64,000 bases of DNA from Octopus vulgaris (taxonomy: Eukaryota): positions 33,542,001 through 33,606,000 of the forward strand of contig OX597838.1 of the NCBI GenBank assembly GCA_951406725.2, read 5' to 3'. Each line of letters begins with the position of its first letter. The stretch's first letter is position 1. The position numbers were made by a program, and so were the translations under genes. Under the pieces are notes generated by a model. It had not been told where the DNA came from and did no database searches. It was given only the letters and a program-made list of their open reading frames with translations. Positions 38,553 to 49,536 of the stretch are shown piece after piece.

Positions 38553-39175
38553 TCTACACTTGACAGAGTAATCCAAATGCTAAAAAGTTAATATCTGTAA
38601 TTAGATACAATAAGACCTGTTGAGTCAAGTACATGAACATGAATATCGAAATAAATATCAATGGAAATAGTAGTTGTGATACCTGTGCCGGTGGCACATA
38701 AAAAGCACCATCCGTATGTGGCCGTTGCCAGCGCCGCCTCGACTGGCTTCTGTGCCAGTAGCACATAAAAAGCACCATCCGAACGTGGCCGATGCCAGCG
38801 CCGCCCCAACTGGCTTCTGTGCCGGTGGCACATAAAAAGCACCATCCGAACGTGGCCGTTGCCAGCGCCGCCTTGGCTGGCTTCCATGCCGGTGGCACGT
38901 TAAAAGCCCCAACCGATCGTGGCTGATGCCAGGCCCCCCTAGCACCTGTGCAGGTGGCACGTAAAAAGCACCCACTACACTTGCGGAGTGGTTGGCGTTA
39001 GGAAGGGCATCCAGCTGTAGAAACTCTGCCAGATCAGACTGGAGCCTGGTGCAGCCCCTGGCTTCCCAGACCCCAGTTGGACCGTCCAACCCATGCTAGC
39101 GCGAAAAACGGACGTTAAACGATGATGATGATGATGAATACACGTATAACAAACAATGTGTTTCTTCCTTATTAG

Positions 39176-39302
39176 ATATGCCTGCCGAGGGTTGTTCGGA
39201 AAACACAAGCTTTTGTTTTCTTTCCAAATGTGTGTGAAAATTCTCGAAGCGGCAAGCAAGATCAACATGGATGAATATAATTTCTTCTTGCGGGGAGGTG
39301 TG
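39176..39302 (+). CDS. DNAH2: Dynein heavy chain exon m
   Basis: YACRGLFGKHKLLFSFQMCVKILEAASKINMDEYNFFLRGGV; donor gtaagt. Confidence 0.95.
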
Positions 39303-39384
39303 GTAAGTCTACCTTGGAGAAATTTTTTAAGTATTTTTTTTTTGTCTTAACTTGTTTGTTTCAATCCCAGAATTTGTAATACCC

Positions 39385-39788
39385 TTTTACTCTTTTACTT
39401 GTTTCAGTCATTTGACTGCGGCCATGCTGGAGCACCGCCTTTAGTTGAGCAACATGACCCCGGGACTTATTCTTTGTAAGCCCAGTACTTATTCTATCGG
39501 TCTCTTTTGCCGAACCGCTAGGTGACGGGGACATAAACACACCAGCATCGGTTGTCAAGCAATGCTAGGGGGACAAACACAGACACAAACACACACGCAC
39601 ACACATATATATATACATATATACGACGGGCTTCTTTCAGTTTCCTTCTACCAAATCCACTCACAAGGCTTTGATCGGTCCGAGGCTATAGTAGAAGACA
39701 CTTGCCCAAGGTGCCACGCAGTGGGACTGAACCCGGAACCATGTGGTTGGTAAACAAGCTACTTACCACACAGCCACTCCTGCGCCTA
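39385..39788 (-). mobile_element. SINE family A
   Basis: Reverse-complement match. Confidence 0.85.
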
Positions 39789-40239
39789 TGTTTATACTTT
39801 ACTAGTGGGACCTGTAGAAATTCCACAGAACAAAAAAAATAAATAAATAAAATTAAGAGAAGCTATTTAAGAAAGAAAGGACGATTTTTATTTTCATTTT
39901 GCTAAGTTATTTCACTTCCAATCACAATAATATATCGTATAATTTTAAAATTTCCCTCTGCTAAGCACTTTATATTTCCTTCTTTCTCTCTACCACCTCA
40001 ACAAACTTTTTAATTGTAATTCCCCTCTTCATGTCTTTCACATTTCTCTCCTTCTCTTCACCTTTCCCTCCTCACCCTACAGCACGTCATTAACACTTCT
40101 CTCTCCCACTTTTCTCTCACCGTCTTTTTCTCTTGCTCTTCAACTCTCCCTTCAACTAACCACATGATACATTTGGCCTTAGTGTATTATTATGCTCCTC
40201 TCTTTTGTCTTCTCTACTCATATTTCTTCCCCCTTCCTC

Positions 40240-42532
40240 TCTCTCACTTCCTCTCCACCTCTCGCTCACTTCACCTCCACCTCTCACTCACTTCACCTCC
40301 ACCTCTCACTCACTTCACCTCCACCTCTCGCTCGCTTCACCTCCACCTCTCATTCCCTTCACCTCCACCTCTCGCACACTTCACCTCCACCTCTCACTCA
40401 CTTCACCTCCACTTCTCCATCACTTTGCCTCCACTTCTCCCTCACTTCACCTCCACCTCTCACTCACTTCACCTCCACCTCTCACTCACTTCACCTCCAC
40501 CTCTTGCTAACTTCACCTCCACCTCTCACTCACTTCACCTCCACTTCTCACTCACTTTGCCTCCACCTCCCACTCACTTCACCTCCACCTCCCACTCACT
40601 TCACCTCCACCTCTCGCTCACCTTCACCTCCACCTCTCACTCACTTCACCATCACCTCTCGTTCACTTCACCTCCACCTCTCGCTCACTTCACCTCCACC
40701 TCTCGCTCACTTCACCTCCACCTCTCGCTCACATCACCTCCACCTCTCACTCACTTCACCTCCACTTCTCCCTCACTTCACCTCCACCTCTCGCTCACTT
40801 CACCTCCACCTCCCCTTCTCACTCACTTCACCTCCACCTCCCACTCACTTCACCTCCACCTCTCGCTCACTTCACCTCCACCTCTCGCTCACTTCACCAT
40901 CACCTCACGCTCACTTCACCTCCACCTCTCGCTCACTTCACCTCCACCTCTCGCTCACTTCACCTCCACCTCTCGCTCACTTCACCTCCACCTCTCGCTC
41001 ACTTCACCTCCACCTCTCGCTCACGTCACCTCCACCTCTCACTCACTTCACCTCCACTTCTCACTCACTTCATCTCCACTTCTCCCTCACTTCACCTCCA
41101 CCTCCCACTCACTTCACCTCCACCTCTCACTCACTTCACCTCCACCTCTCGCTCACTTCACCTTCACCTCCACCTCTCGCTCACTTCACCTTCACCTCCA
41201 CCTCTCGCTCACTTCACCTCCACCTCTCGCTCACGTCACCTCCACCTCTCACTCACTTCACCTTCACTTCTCACTCACTTCACCTCCACTTCTCCCTCAC
41301 TTCACCTCCACCTCCCACTCACTTCACCTCCACCTCTCGCTCACTTCACCTCCACCTCTCGCTCACTTCACCTCCACCTCTCGCTCACGTCACCTCCACC
41401 TCTCGCTCACGTCACCTCCACCTCTCGCTCACTTCACCATCACCTCTCGCTCACTTCACCTCCACCTCTCGCTCACGTCACCTCCACCTCTCGCTCACGT
41501 CACCTCCACCTCTCGCTCACTTCACCATCACCTCTCGCTCACTTCACCTCCACCTCTCGCTCACGTCACCTCCACCTCTCACTCACTTCACCTCCACTTC
41601 TCACTCACTTCACCTCCACTTCTCCCTCACTTCACCTCCACTTCTCACTCACTTCGCCTCCACTTCTCACTCACTTCACCTCCACCTCTCGCTCACTTCA
41701 CCATCACCTCTCGCTCACTTCACCTCCACCTCTCACTCACGTCACCTCCACCTCTCACGTCACCTCCACCTCTCACGTCACCTCCACCTCTCACTCACTT
41801 CACCTCCACTATTCACTCACATTACCTCCACCTCTCACTCACTTCACCTCCACCTCTTCCTCACTTCACCTCCACCTCTCGCTCTCTTCCTCTCCACCTC
41901 TCACTTCACCTCCACCTCTCGCTCACTTCTCCTCCACCTCTCCCTCACTTCACCTCCACCTCTCCCTCACTTCACCTCCACCTCTCCCTCACTTCACTTC
42001 CACCTCCCACTCACTTCACCTCCACCTCTCGCTCACTTCACTTCCACCTCTCGCTCACTTCACCTCCACCTCTCGCTCACTTCACCTCCACCTCTCGCTC
42101 ACTTCACCTCCACCTCTCGCTCACTTCACCTCCACTTCTCGGTCACTTCACTTCCACCTCTCACTCACTTCACCTCCACCTCTCACTCACATCACCTCCA
42201 CCTCTCACTCACATCACCTCCACCTCTTACTCACTTCACCTCCACCTCCACTTCTCACTTCACCTCCACTTCTCACTTCACCTCCACCTCTCGCTCACTT
42301 CACCTCCACCTCTTGCTCACTTCACCTCCACCTCTCGCTCACTTCACCTACACCTCTCGCTCGCTTCACCTCCACCTCTCGCTCACTTCACCTCCACCTC
42401 TCGCTCACTTCACCTCCACCTCTTGCTCACTTCACCTCCACCTCTTGCTCACTTCACCTCCACCTCTCGCTCACTTCTCCTCCACCTCTCCCTCACTTCA
42501 CCTCCACCTCTCACTTACTTCACCTCCACCTC
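40240..42532 (-). repeat. Same 22-bp minisatellite, opposite orientation and more diverged
   Basis: (CTCACTTCACCTCCACCTCTCR)n, about 100 units. Confidence 0.95.
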
Positions 42533-42899
42533 TTTAACTAAAGTATGACAGGTGATCAAACAAGCAGATTATTATATAGATGTTTTTACTCTGTCCATGT
42601 TTCCATTCATTGACCTGTGGCCATGCTGGAGCACAGCATGGACGTTTTTTTTTTGTTTTTTTTTAGTTGACCACATTGACTCCAGTTGTTAATTCTGGTG
42701 TGGTCTGGTACTTATTAAATGACTAAGTTTACCTAAAGTGAAAAAAACTATGATGCATTAGATACTGACCAATGGCCAGGCACAATGACATATGGTCATT
42801 TGCAAACGAATGCTGGCAAAGTCCTTGTGGTGCCTGTTTTTGACACCAAATTGCAGTTGGGCCTGAAAGTAGCTAATGAGGATCTCCCTCTTTCTGCAG

Positions 42900-43086
42900 G
42901 TCATAGACAGAGAAAACCAAATGGACAACCCTTGCAGTGGGTGGCTTTCCGATGCGGCGTGGGACAATATCACTGAACTTGACAAGCTGACCAACTTCCA
43001 CGGTGTGATTACATCCTTTGAACAGTATCCTAGAGACTGGCATATTTGGTACATCTCGTCTGAACCAGAACAGGCCTCTCTACCAA
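42900..43086 (+). CDS. DNAH2: Dynein heavy chain exon n
   Basis: VIDRENQMDNPCSGWLSDAAWDNITELDKLTNFHGVITSFEQYPRDWHIWY...LP; closely matches vertebrate DNAH2 as I recall it; phase 0 to 1. Confidence 0.95.
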
Positions 43087-44695
43087 GTAGGTTGAGAACT
43101 TTCTAAATTTTTCAAAAACTGGGTTGGGACGGGGGGAGCTATTATTTTGTTGTTTTTCTCTGAGTTTTTGTATGTCCGGCCGACCACACTGTAGGGGTAG
43201 AGAGATTTGTTTTATCATCATCATCATCATCATTTTAACCCTTTGGAGATGGAGCGTTGTTTGGAGTTTCAGTGCCAAGAAGACTGAGCCCTTTTCGCAA
43301 GCCCTACAGAGGGCATGCACTTAGTTTGCAAAAAAAAAAAATTATCAAAAATGAAGTAATTACCTTACATATATAAAACTATATATGTTCTTGTAGGAAA
43401 TTGAATGAACTAATATAGTCTTCTTCATCATTCAACTCCTCGGCCGTTAGATCAGCCCTTTTCGTCTCATAAGGGTCAGTGTCCTCTTTTCCAAGTCTGC
43501 ATAGGGTTGGAACAGAGTTTAAAGAACCAGATTTTCTATGGCTGGATGCCCTTCCTGTCCCCAACCCTCACCTGTTTCCAGTTAAGGTAATATTATTTCC
43601 TCATGGCTGGACGTGTTCACACAGAATATAAGAAATGAATGACACTGCTTGTATGACAGTGACACTCCTTTTACGACCATCATGTATTGTCAAGGCAAGG
43701 AGACACAAACACCAGTAAAAATTGGGGTAAATATTCCATTGACCAACATGGGGTCATATTGTGGGTGTATGGTAAATCCTGATGGTGCAAGGAATATATT
43801 TGATGTGAACAACATTTAATTGTTTGTGAGGTGAGAACGGGGTCACATGAAGATAAAGGATTGTCTACGGTAGTTCAAGGGGAATAACTCTACTGCACCA
43901 TGTCCCATATGCATTCATACTGGTGTGCATTTGTTTATGCACATGCATACACATTTTGCACATGCGTTGAATGTAGGAGTACTTGCTTGTATGAATGTAT
44001 ATGCATTTGCACACATAGGACCACATGAGTCCAGGTTGCATAGACGTGTTACTTAACCTCAGCTCAGGCCTGATCAAGTACACCTTATCATGAAAAGCAA
44101 TCCAGCCATGACCATCTCACCTTTTTTGAAACACACCAAAGACCACATTATCCAATGTTCTCCCTTTCTTTTTTTTAAAGGACAAATGGTAGGGTGAGAT
44201 TACAGGAAGATTTGGTTTCTATTTCTAGCAGGCCAAGTAACCATATAGAGACTCCTGCTACTCCACCACACTATCCAATGTTCTCCCTTTTTAAAAAAAA
44301 AAAGACAATCAGTAGGGTGTGATTAGAGGGAGATTTGGTTTCTATTTCTAGCAGACCAAGAAACTATATACAGACTCCTGCTCCTTGAAAAGCTATGTTG
44401 ATAGTCTGCTAGTTTTCCAACCTTTTTTTTTTTTCTTTCAGTAAGATTTGCCAAGAATTCTTTCAGTAAATTTCGAAATATTTCACTGATCATATTCCAT
44501 ATTTTCCAATAATTCTTCCAACCATAATTTTTTACCAATAATATAGTTTCTATTTCTAGCAGGCCAAGCGACCACATAGAGACTCATGCTTTTCTAAAAG
44601 CTGAATTCATAGTCTGCTATTTTCCCAAACTTTTTTCTTTCAGTAAGATTTGCCAAGAATTCTTTCAGCAAATTTCGAAATATCTTTCTGATCAT

Positions 44696-44867
44696 AGGCG
44701 CAGGAGTGGCTGTGTGGTAAGTAGCTTGCTTACCAACCACATGGTTCCAGGTTCAGTCCCACTGCGTGGCATCTTGGGCAAGTGTCTTCTGCTATAGCCC
44801 CGGGCCAACCAATGCCTTGTGAGTGGATTTGGTAGATGGAAACTGAAAGAAGCCCGTCGTATATATG

Positions 44868-44898
<31 letters not shown>

Positions 44899-45110
44899 AT
44901 ATGTTTGTGTGTGTCTGTGTTTGTCCCCCCGCCATCTCTTGACAACTGATGCTGATGTGTTTACGTCCCCGTCACTTAGCGGTTCGGCAAAAAGAGACCG
45001 ATAGAATAAGTACTGGGCTTACAAAGAATAAGTCCCGGGGTCAATTTGCTTAACTAAAGGTGGTGCTTCAGCATGGCCGCAGTCAAATGACTGAAACGAG
45101 TAAAAGAGTA
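44696..45110 (+). mobile_element. SINE family A
   Basis: Full-length; the empty-site sequence gatcatattccat is visible in the duplicated flank at about 44488. Confidence 0.85.
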
Positions 45111-45163
45111 TATTCCATATTTTCCAATGATTTTTTCCAATGATTGGCGTTGCTCTCTTTTAG

Positions 45164-45369
45164 GTGATTGGGACAATGCCTGCAATGAACTCCAAAGAAT
45201 GCTTATAGTCAGGTCTCTCAGACCAGACCGAGTAGCTTTCTGCTCCACTACGTTCATTATTAACAACTTGGGCTCCAAGTTTGTTGAACCACCTGTCTTG
45301 GACATGAACCAGGTACTCAGCGAATCATCAAAACGGACTCCGTTAATATTTGTTCTCTCTCCAGGAGTA
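45164..45369 (+). CDS. DNAH2: Dynein heavy chain exon o (into AAA6)
   Basis: DWDNACNELQRMLIVRSLRPDRVAFC...FVEPPVLDM...PLIFVLSPGV; tag| ... |gtaagt. Confidence 0.95.
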
Positions 45370-45716
45370 GTAAGTCTTACTTTTTATTATCATCTTGAGG
45401 TGGGGGGTGGAGTTCTTTTACCTTTTGCTTTTTGCATTAATTCTCTGTCGTTCAATTTTTTTTTTTGACCAATCAATAACGAACTTATTTTGACTACTGG
45501 AAACAGCTGTAAGTCCAATAGAAAAAAATATGTCATGACCATTATTCATGCTTTGTTTTATATATATATATATATATACGGAGATGTACTTGCATAGCAA
45601 GTGATTTGATCTGAGATTGTGTGCTGGAATGAAAACAATTGCAGCGTGGAAGGTGTTTGTAAGCCATTTAAGAAACACACAAAAGCCGTTCGATTCCCTT
45701 CAACATTTAAGTTTAA

Positions 45717-45767
45717 TTTGTCAAAATATTTTCGTCGCTTTAAGACCGCGGCCTATTCACTGACAAA
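45717..45767 (-). ncRNA. Hammerhead-like motif with non-canonical core (GUGAAUA)
   Basis: Minus strand: UUUGUCA-GUGAAUA-G-GCCGC...GCGAC-GAAA-AUAU-UU-UGACAAA; 7-bp stem I and palindromic AAAAUAUUUU. Confidence 0.4.
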
Positions 45768-45814
45768 AATCCGTGCTGCGGTTTACCTTTTTAATTACCT
45801 GCTGTTGTATACCT

Positions 45815-46153
45815 TATACCAAGGACCATACATTTACAAAGTAAGAAAACAGCACAGCTCCCATGACTTCAGGAAACATTTTTTCACGCTGAGAGTTGCT
45901 GAAGCATGGAACAAACTGCCGGCATCGGTTGTTAGTTGTCGGAGCACTGCATCCTTCAAAACTTCCATGCTTCCTGAGATTCGCCAACACTACACTTGAT
46001 TTTCTCCCTTCCATACACACACAAGCATGTATCTGACTCATACATTGTTCGTTTTCCAGACATTTCTACATTACTGCATGTACTTTATATGTACTTTCTG
46101 ACAAGTTGTGGTGCACCTGAGCACTGTATACAATAATTTCATTATTATTATTA
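45815..46153 (+). mobile_element. CR1-like LINE 3' end
   Basis: RKHFFTLRVAEAWNKLPASVV; (ATT)n tail. Confidence 0.75.
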
Positions 46154-46830
46154 TACTTACTGAAGTAATTACCAGGAGTGCCTTTGGATACATCTATCCC
46201 TTAGAGGGTTTAAACACCTTATATAATATATATATATATATATATCCATATATATCATTGTCATTTAACACCTGCTTTCCATGCAGTTTGGACAGTTTGA
46301 TAGAAGCTGGCCAGGAAGAAGACTGCACCAAACTTCTGTGTCTGTTTTTGGCAGGGTTTTATGACTAGATGCCCTTCCTAACACCAACCACCCCGCAGAG
46401 TGGACTGAGTGCTTTTTATGTGGCACCAGCACAGGCGAGGTCAGTTTTGGCATGGTGTTTTACAGCTGGATGCTCTTCCTTACATCAACTACCTCACAGA
46501 GTGGACTGAGTGCTTTTTACATGGCACCAGCACAGGCAAGGTCAGTTTTGGCATGGTATTTTACAGCTGGATGCCCTCCCAAATGCCAACCACTTTACAG
46601 TGTGGACTGGAAGGCTTTTTACATCCATGAACCATGTGTGTATGTATGTGTGTATCAATAATAAAGTGATTGTTTCTTATCAGGAACAAAATGATTAATA
46701 GGACTGCTATAGAAGTGCTCAATTAAATGAGGCAAATATATTAAACTATGGTTGCAGAACAAAGAAATACAAGGTCATCCATGTAACATTTCATATCTCG
46801 AACATTTAATCACATAATGCTTTTTCTTTC

Positions 46831-46884
<54 letters not shown>

Positions 46885-46925
46885 GAAAGAATGGAGTTGA
46901 ACGACGATTTAACAAAATTCCTTTA

Positions 46926-47008
46926 TTCTCGACATATGTTTCGAAGGCTGCATATTCCTAATTTCGAAGGAATAAGGGGTGCATTATGCCGCCTTCTCAT
47001 CAGGAAAA
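46926..47008 (-). ncRNA. Type I hammerhead ribozyme (left arm of 136-bp palindrome)
   Basis: Exact reverse complement of 47033-47115. Confidence 0.8.
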
Positions 47009-47032
47009 ACAATGCTGACATAAGTTCCTTGT

Positions 47033-47115
47033 TTTTCCTGATGAGAAGGCGGCATAATGCACCCCTTATTCCTTCGAAATTAGGAATATGCAGCCTTCGA
47101 AACATATGTCGAGAA
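47033..47115 (+). ncRNA. Type I hammerhead ribozyme (right arm of 136-bp palindrome)
   Basis: UUUUC-CUGAUGA(47038)-GAAGGC...GCCUUC-GAAA-CAUAUG-UC-GAGAA; palindromic stem III; predicted cut after GUC at 47110. Confidence 0.8.
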
Positions 47116-47334
47116 TAAAGGAATTTTGTTAAATCGTCGTTCAACTCCATTCTTTCATTTATTTGTATTAAAAAAAAAAACACAAATTTCCACACGAAAG
47201 CACGTGATCTCTGCCCTTGGCATGAAGCTTCAACCGTGTTTTTCTGACATGAATTTGCTACCCAGGTATCGGTTAACCGAATTATCCATACTAAGATAAT
47301 TCATTCAACTACTTATATATATATATATACATAT

Positions 47335-47832
47335 ATATATGTGTATATTGGCAGGGCTGGCCTGCTAGGTAGCCGGCCAGAATGCTAGAAATAGATCATA
47401 AACGATCAAACTACAAGGGAAATTCTCTAGAGGAAGAATTCAGCGAACACCAGAACCAAATTTGGCGGGCAGGACATATGAAAAATTAAATAAAAAACAG
47501 ACTTAAATGCATACCTCGGTTTCGGTCTTAACAAAAGAATTACTTGCATAATTCAAGTGTCCGTGATTTCTTCAGTACATTCGGTCCTCGAGATGCGTTC
47601 CCTAGTAGTAAGCTTTACCCGCAGTGAATTATTCACTGCAGCCCTTCGCTTCAGGAGTCTCTTAGCGCGCCGGAACCAAGACATTTGAAATTTTATTCCC
47701 GATGTAATCAGTAAGACTAAGCACGTGTAATCAGTAAGACTAAGCTGGGGTTAGTCTTGCGGTTTGCATCTCGAGGACCGAATGTACTAAATTAAAATTA
47801 ATATTAATTTATCTCCCTCAATTTTTAAATAT
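47335..47832. mobile_element. Rearranged copy A of the ~545-nt HHR-containing unit
   Basis: Segments match 52040-52815 in both orientations, with an inversion switch near 47597. Confidence 0.8.
47506..47581 (-). ncRNA. Hammerhead ribozyme motif, partly degenerate (545-nt unit, copy A)
   Basis: Minus strand: AAUGUA-CUGAAGA-AAUC...GACC-GAAA-CC(GA)GG-UA-UGCAUU; stem II weakened. Confidence 0.65.
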
Positions 47833-47969
47833 ACATATATATATATATGTATATGTATATATATACCGGAGTAAACACATAAATGTGTAACAAGGTGGAA
47901 AAGAGAGTACTCAAATACCAGGGGTAGAGTAATATGCTTTATCTAAAAGCAGTAGAAATTCAACAAAAC

Positions 47970-48007
47970 CTGTTACTCGGAGTTTCACGTTCCCGTTCGT
48001 CGGACAA
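47970..48007 (-). ncRNA. Minimal hammerhead variant (U4C core), left arm of 70-bp inverted repeat
   Basis: Minus strand: UUGU-CCGACGA-ACG(GGAA)CGU-GAAA-CUCCGAG-UA-ACAG. Confidence 0.6.
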
Positions 48008-48013
48008 ACAAGA

Positions 48014-48051
48014 CTGTCCGACGAATGGGAATGTGAAACTCCGAGTAACAG
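48014..48051 (+). ncRNA. Minimal hammerhead variant (U4C core, CCGACGA)
   Basis: CUGU-CCGACGA-AUG(GGAA)UGU-GAAA-CUC(C)GAG-UA-ACAG; the antisense twin at 47970-48007 has stem II ACG/CGU. Confidence 0.6.
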
Positions 48052-48083
48052 GTTTTGTTGAATTTCTGCTGCTTTTAGATAAA

Positions 48084-48132
<49 letters not shown>

Positions 48133-48389
48133 AGATAAGAAAATGGAGAAATACATCTAAATCAAATATCAATTACCAGATAATACTCAATCACATACTT
48201 TATTAAACCACCACATAAGAGACTGTAGGGTTAAACATAAAAAAGCAGGACAAATCAATGTACATAAAAGAGTAATGTTGTATAATAAGTAGAATATATA
48301 TTAAAACAAAAGAGAATATAAATATAAGTAAATATAAATATAAGTATAGATTACATCTTACAGCTGTTGCATTTACAACCCCTATCTCA

Positions 48390-48428
<39 letters not shown>

Positions 48429-48613
48429 CATACACACACACCCGTTTTCTATGCTAGTGTGGGTTGGACGGTTTGACAGAATCCAGTGGGTCAAAGGATG
48501 ATTTTCCATTACCATAGCTGCACACATGGGCACACGTATGAGTAGCCGATTGACCACCAAACAATATGCCGGTCATTCATCTCCAGTTTCAATCTTTGTT
48601 TTCTCCACACTAG

Positions 48614-48739
48614 GATCCTGCAAATTACTTAATTCAATTGGCTGAAACAAAAGGAATGGGCGCTCGGTTCCACGCATTATCCCTTGGTCAGGGTCAGGCA
48701 CCAATTGCTACAAGAATGCTGCAAGAAGGTGTTCGGGAG
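48614..48739 (+). CDS. DNAH2: Dynein heavy chain exon p (AAA6, SLGQGQ motif)
   Basis: Hand-translated DPANYLIQLAETKGMGARFHALSLGQGQAPIATRMLQEGVRE; tag| ... |gtaagg; absent from the ORF track. Confidence 0.95.
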
Positions 48740-48754
48740 GTAAGGAGACTTTCT

Positions 48755-49241
48755 TTTCCAATAATTCTTCCAATGATTTTTCCCAATGATTGGCGTTGCT
48801 TCTCTTTTAGGTGACTGGGACAATGCCTGTAATGAACTCCAAAGAATGCTTATACTCAAGTCTCTCAGACCAGACCTATTTCTTTACTACCCACAAGGGG
48901 CTAAACACAGAGGGGATAAACAAGGACAGACAAATGGATTAAGTCGATTATTTCGACCCCAGTGCGTAACTGGTACTTATTTAATCGACCCCCGAAAGGA
49001 TGAAAGGCAAAGTCGACCTCGGCGGAATTTGAACTCAGAACGTAGCGGCAGACAAAATACTGCCCGGCGCGCTAACATTTCTGCCAGCTCGCCACCTTTC
49101 AGACCAGACCGAGTAGCTTTCTGCTCCACTACGTTCATTATTAACAACTTGGGCTCCAAGTTTGTTGAACCACCTGTCTTGGACATGAACCAGGTACTCA
49201 GCAAATCATCAAAACGGACTCCGTTAATATTTGTTCTCTCT
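48755..49241 (+). pseudogene. Duplicated pseudo-exon: copy of exon 45164-45369 plus its acceptor, SINE-interrupted, donor lost
   Basis: 48811-48876 and 49111-49241 are near-identical to 45164-45360; the upstream intron text 'ccaatgattggcgttgct...tttag' is also copied; the copy stops before CCAGGAGTA|gtaagt. Confidence 0.9.
48877..49098 (-). mobile_element. SINE family B inserted in the pseudo-exon, 12-bp TSD
   Basis: TSD TCAGACCAGACC at 48865-48876 and 49099-49110. Confidence 0.9.
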
Positions 49242-49536
49242 TGTTGTTATCTGGGAATTCTTTGAGAAAATCTAGGGAAAGAGCAGTCGACTGATTGAAA
49301 TGGAAATTTATTCTGTATTACTGACACTTGGTCGTGTCTGGCAAAGACAATTCTGAAAATAGATAAGTCCACCTAGGCATAAAATGTGTATATCACATAG
49401 GTATAAGAAGAGACAGCTTTGTAAATTGGTGATTAATTACCTTTCAGTGCTTAGTTCAAGTCATTATGGGTTTAGCTTGGAGCAGGTATGAGCTCAGCTT
49501 GGCTCAAATTTCCTCAAATACAGAGGTTGGTGTTGC

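Larger units (their letters stand above)
46877..47164. repeat. Perfect 136-bp inverted repeat with 16-nt spacer
   Basis: 46877-47012 is the reverse complement of 47029-47164; the ORF track gives the same peptide on both strands. Confidence 0.95.
47937..48084. repeat. 70-bp inverted repeat with 8-nt spacer and 3 transition mismatches
   Basis: 47937-48006 versus 48015-48084. Confidence 0.9.

Noticed and set aside
40164-42548. 794-aa and 781-aa ORFs (also 29189-30031, 31050-31848, 37817-38540)
   Set aside because: Stop-free translations of minisatellites, open in several frames, with no domain content.
48786-49265. 159-aa ORF as a mutually exclusive alternative to exon o
   Set aside because: It lies downstream of exon p (wrong order), has no donor, and its phase does not fit the preceding exon.
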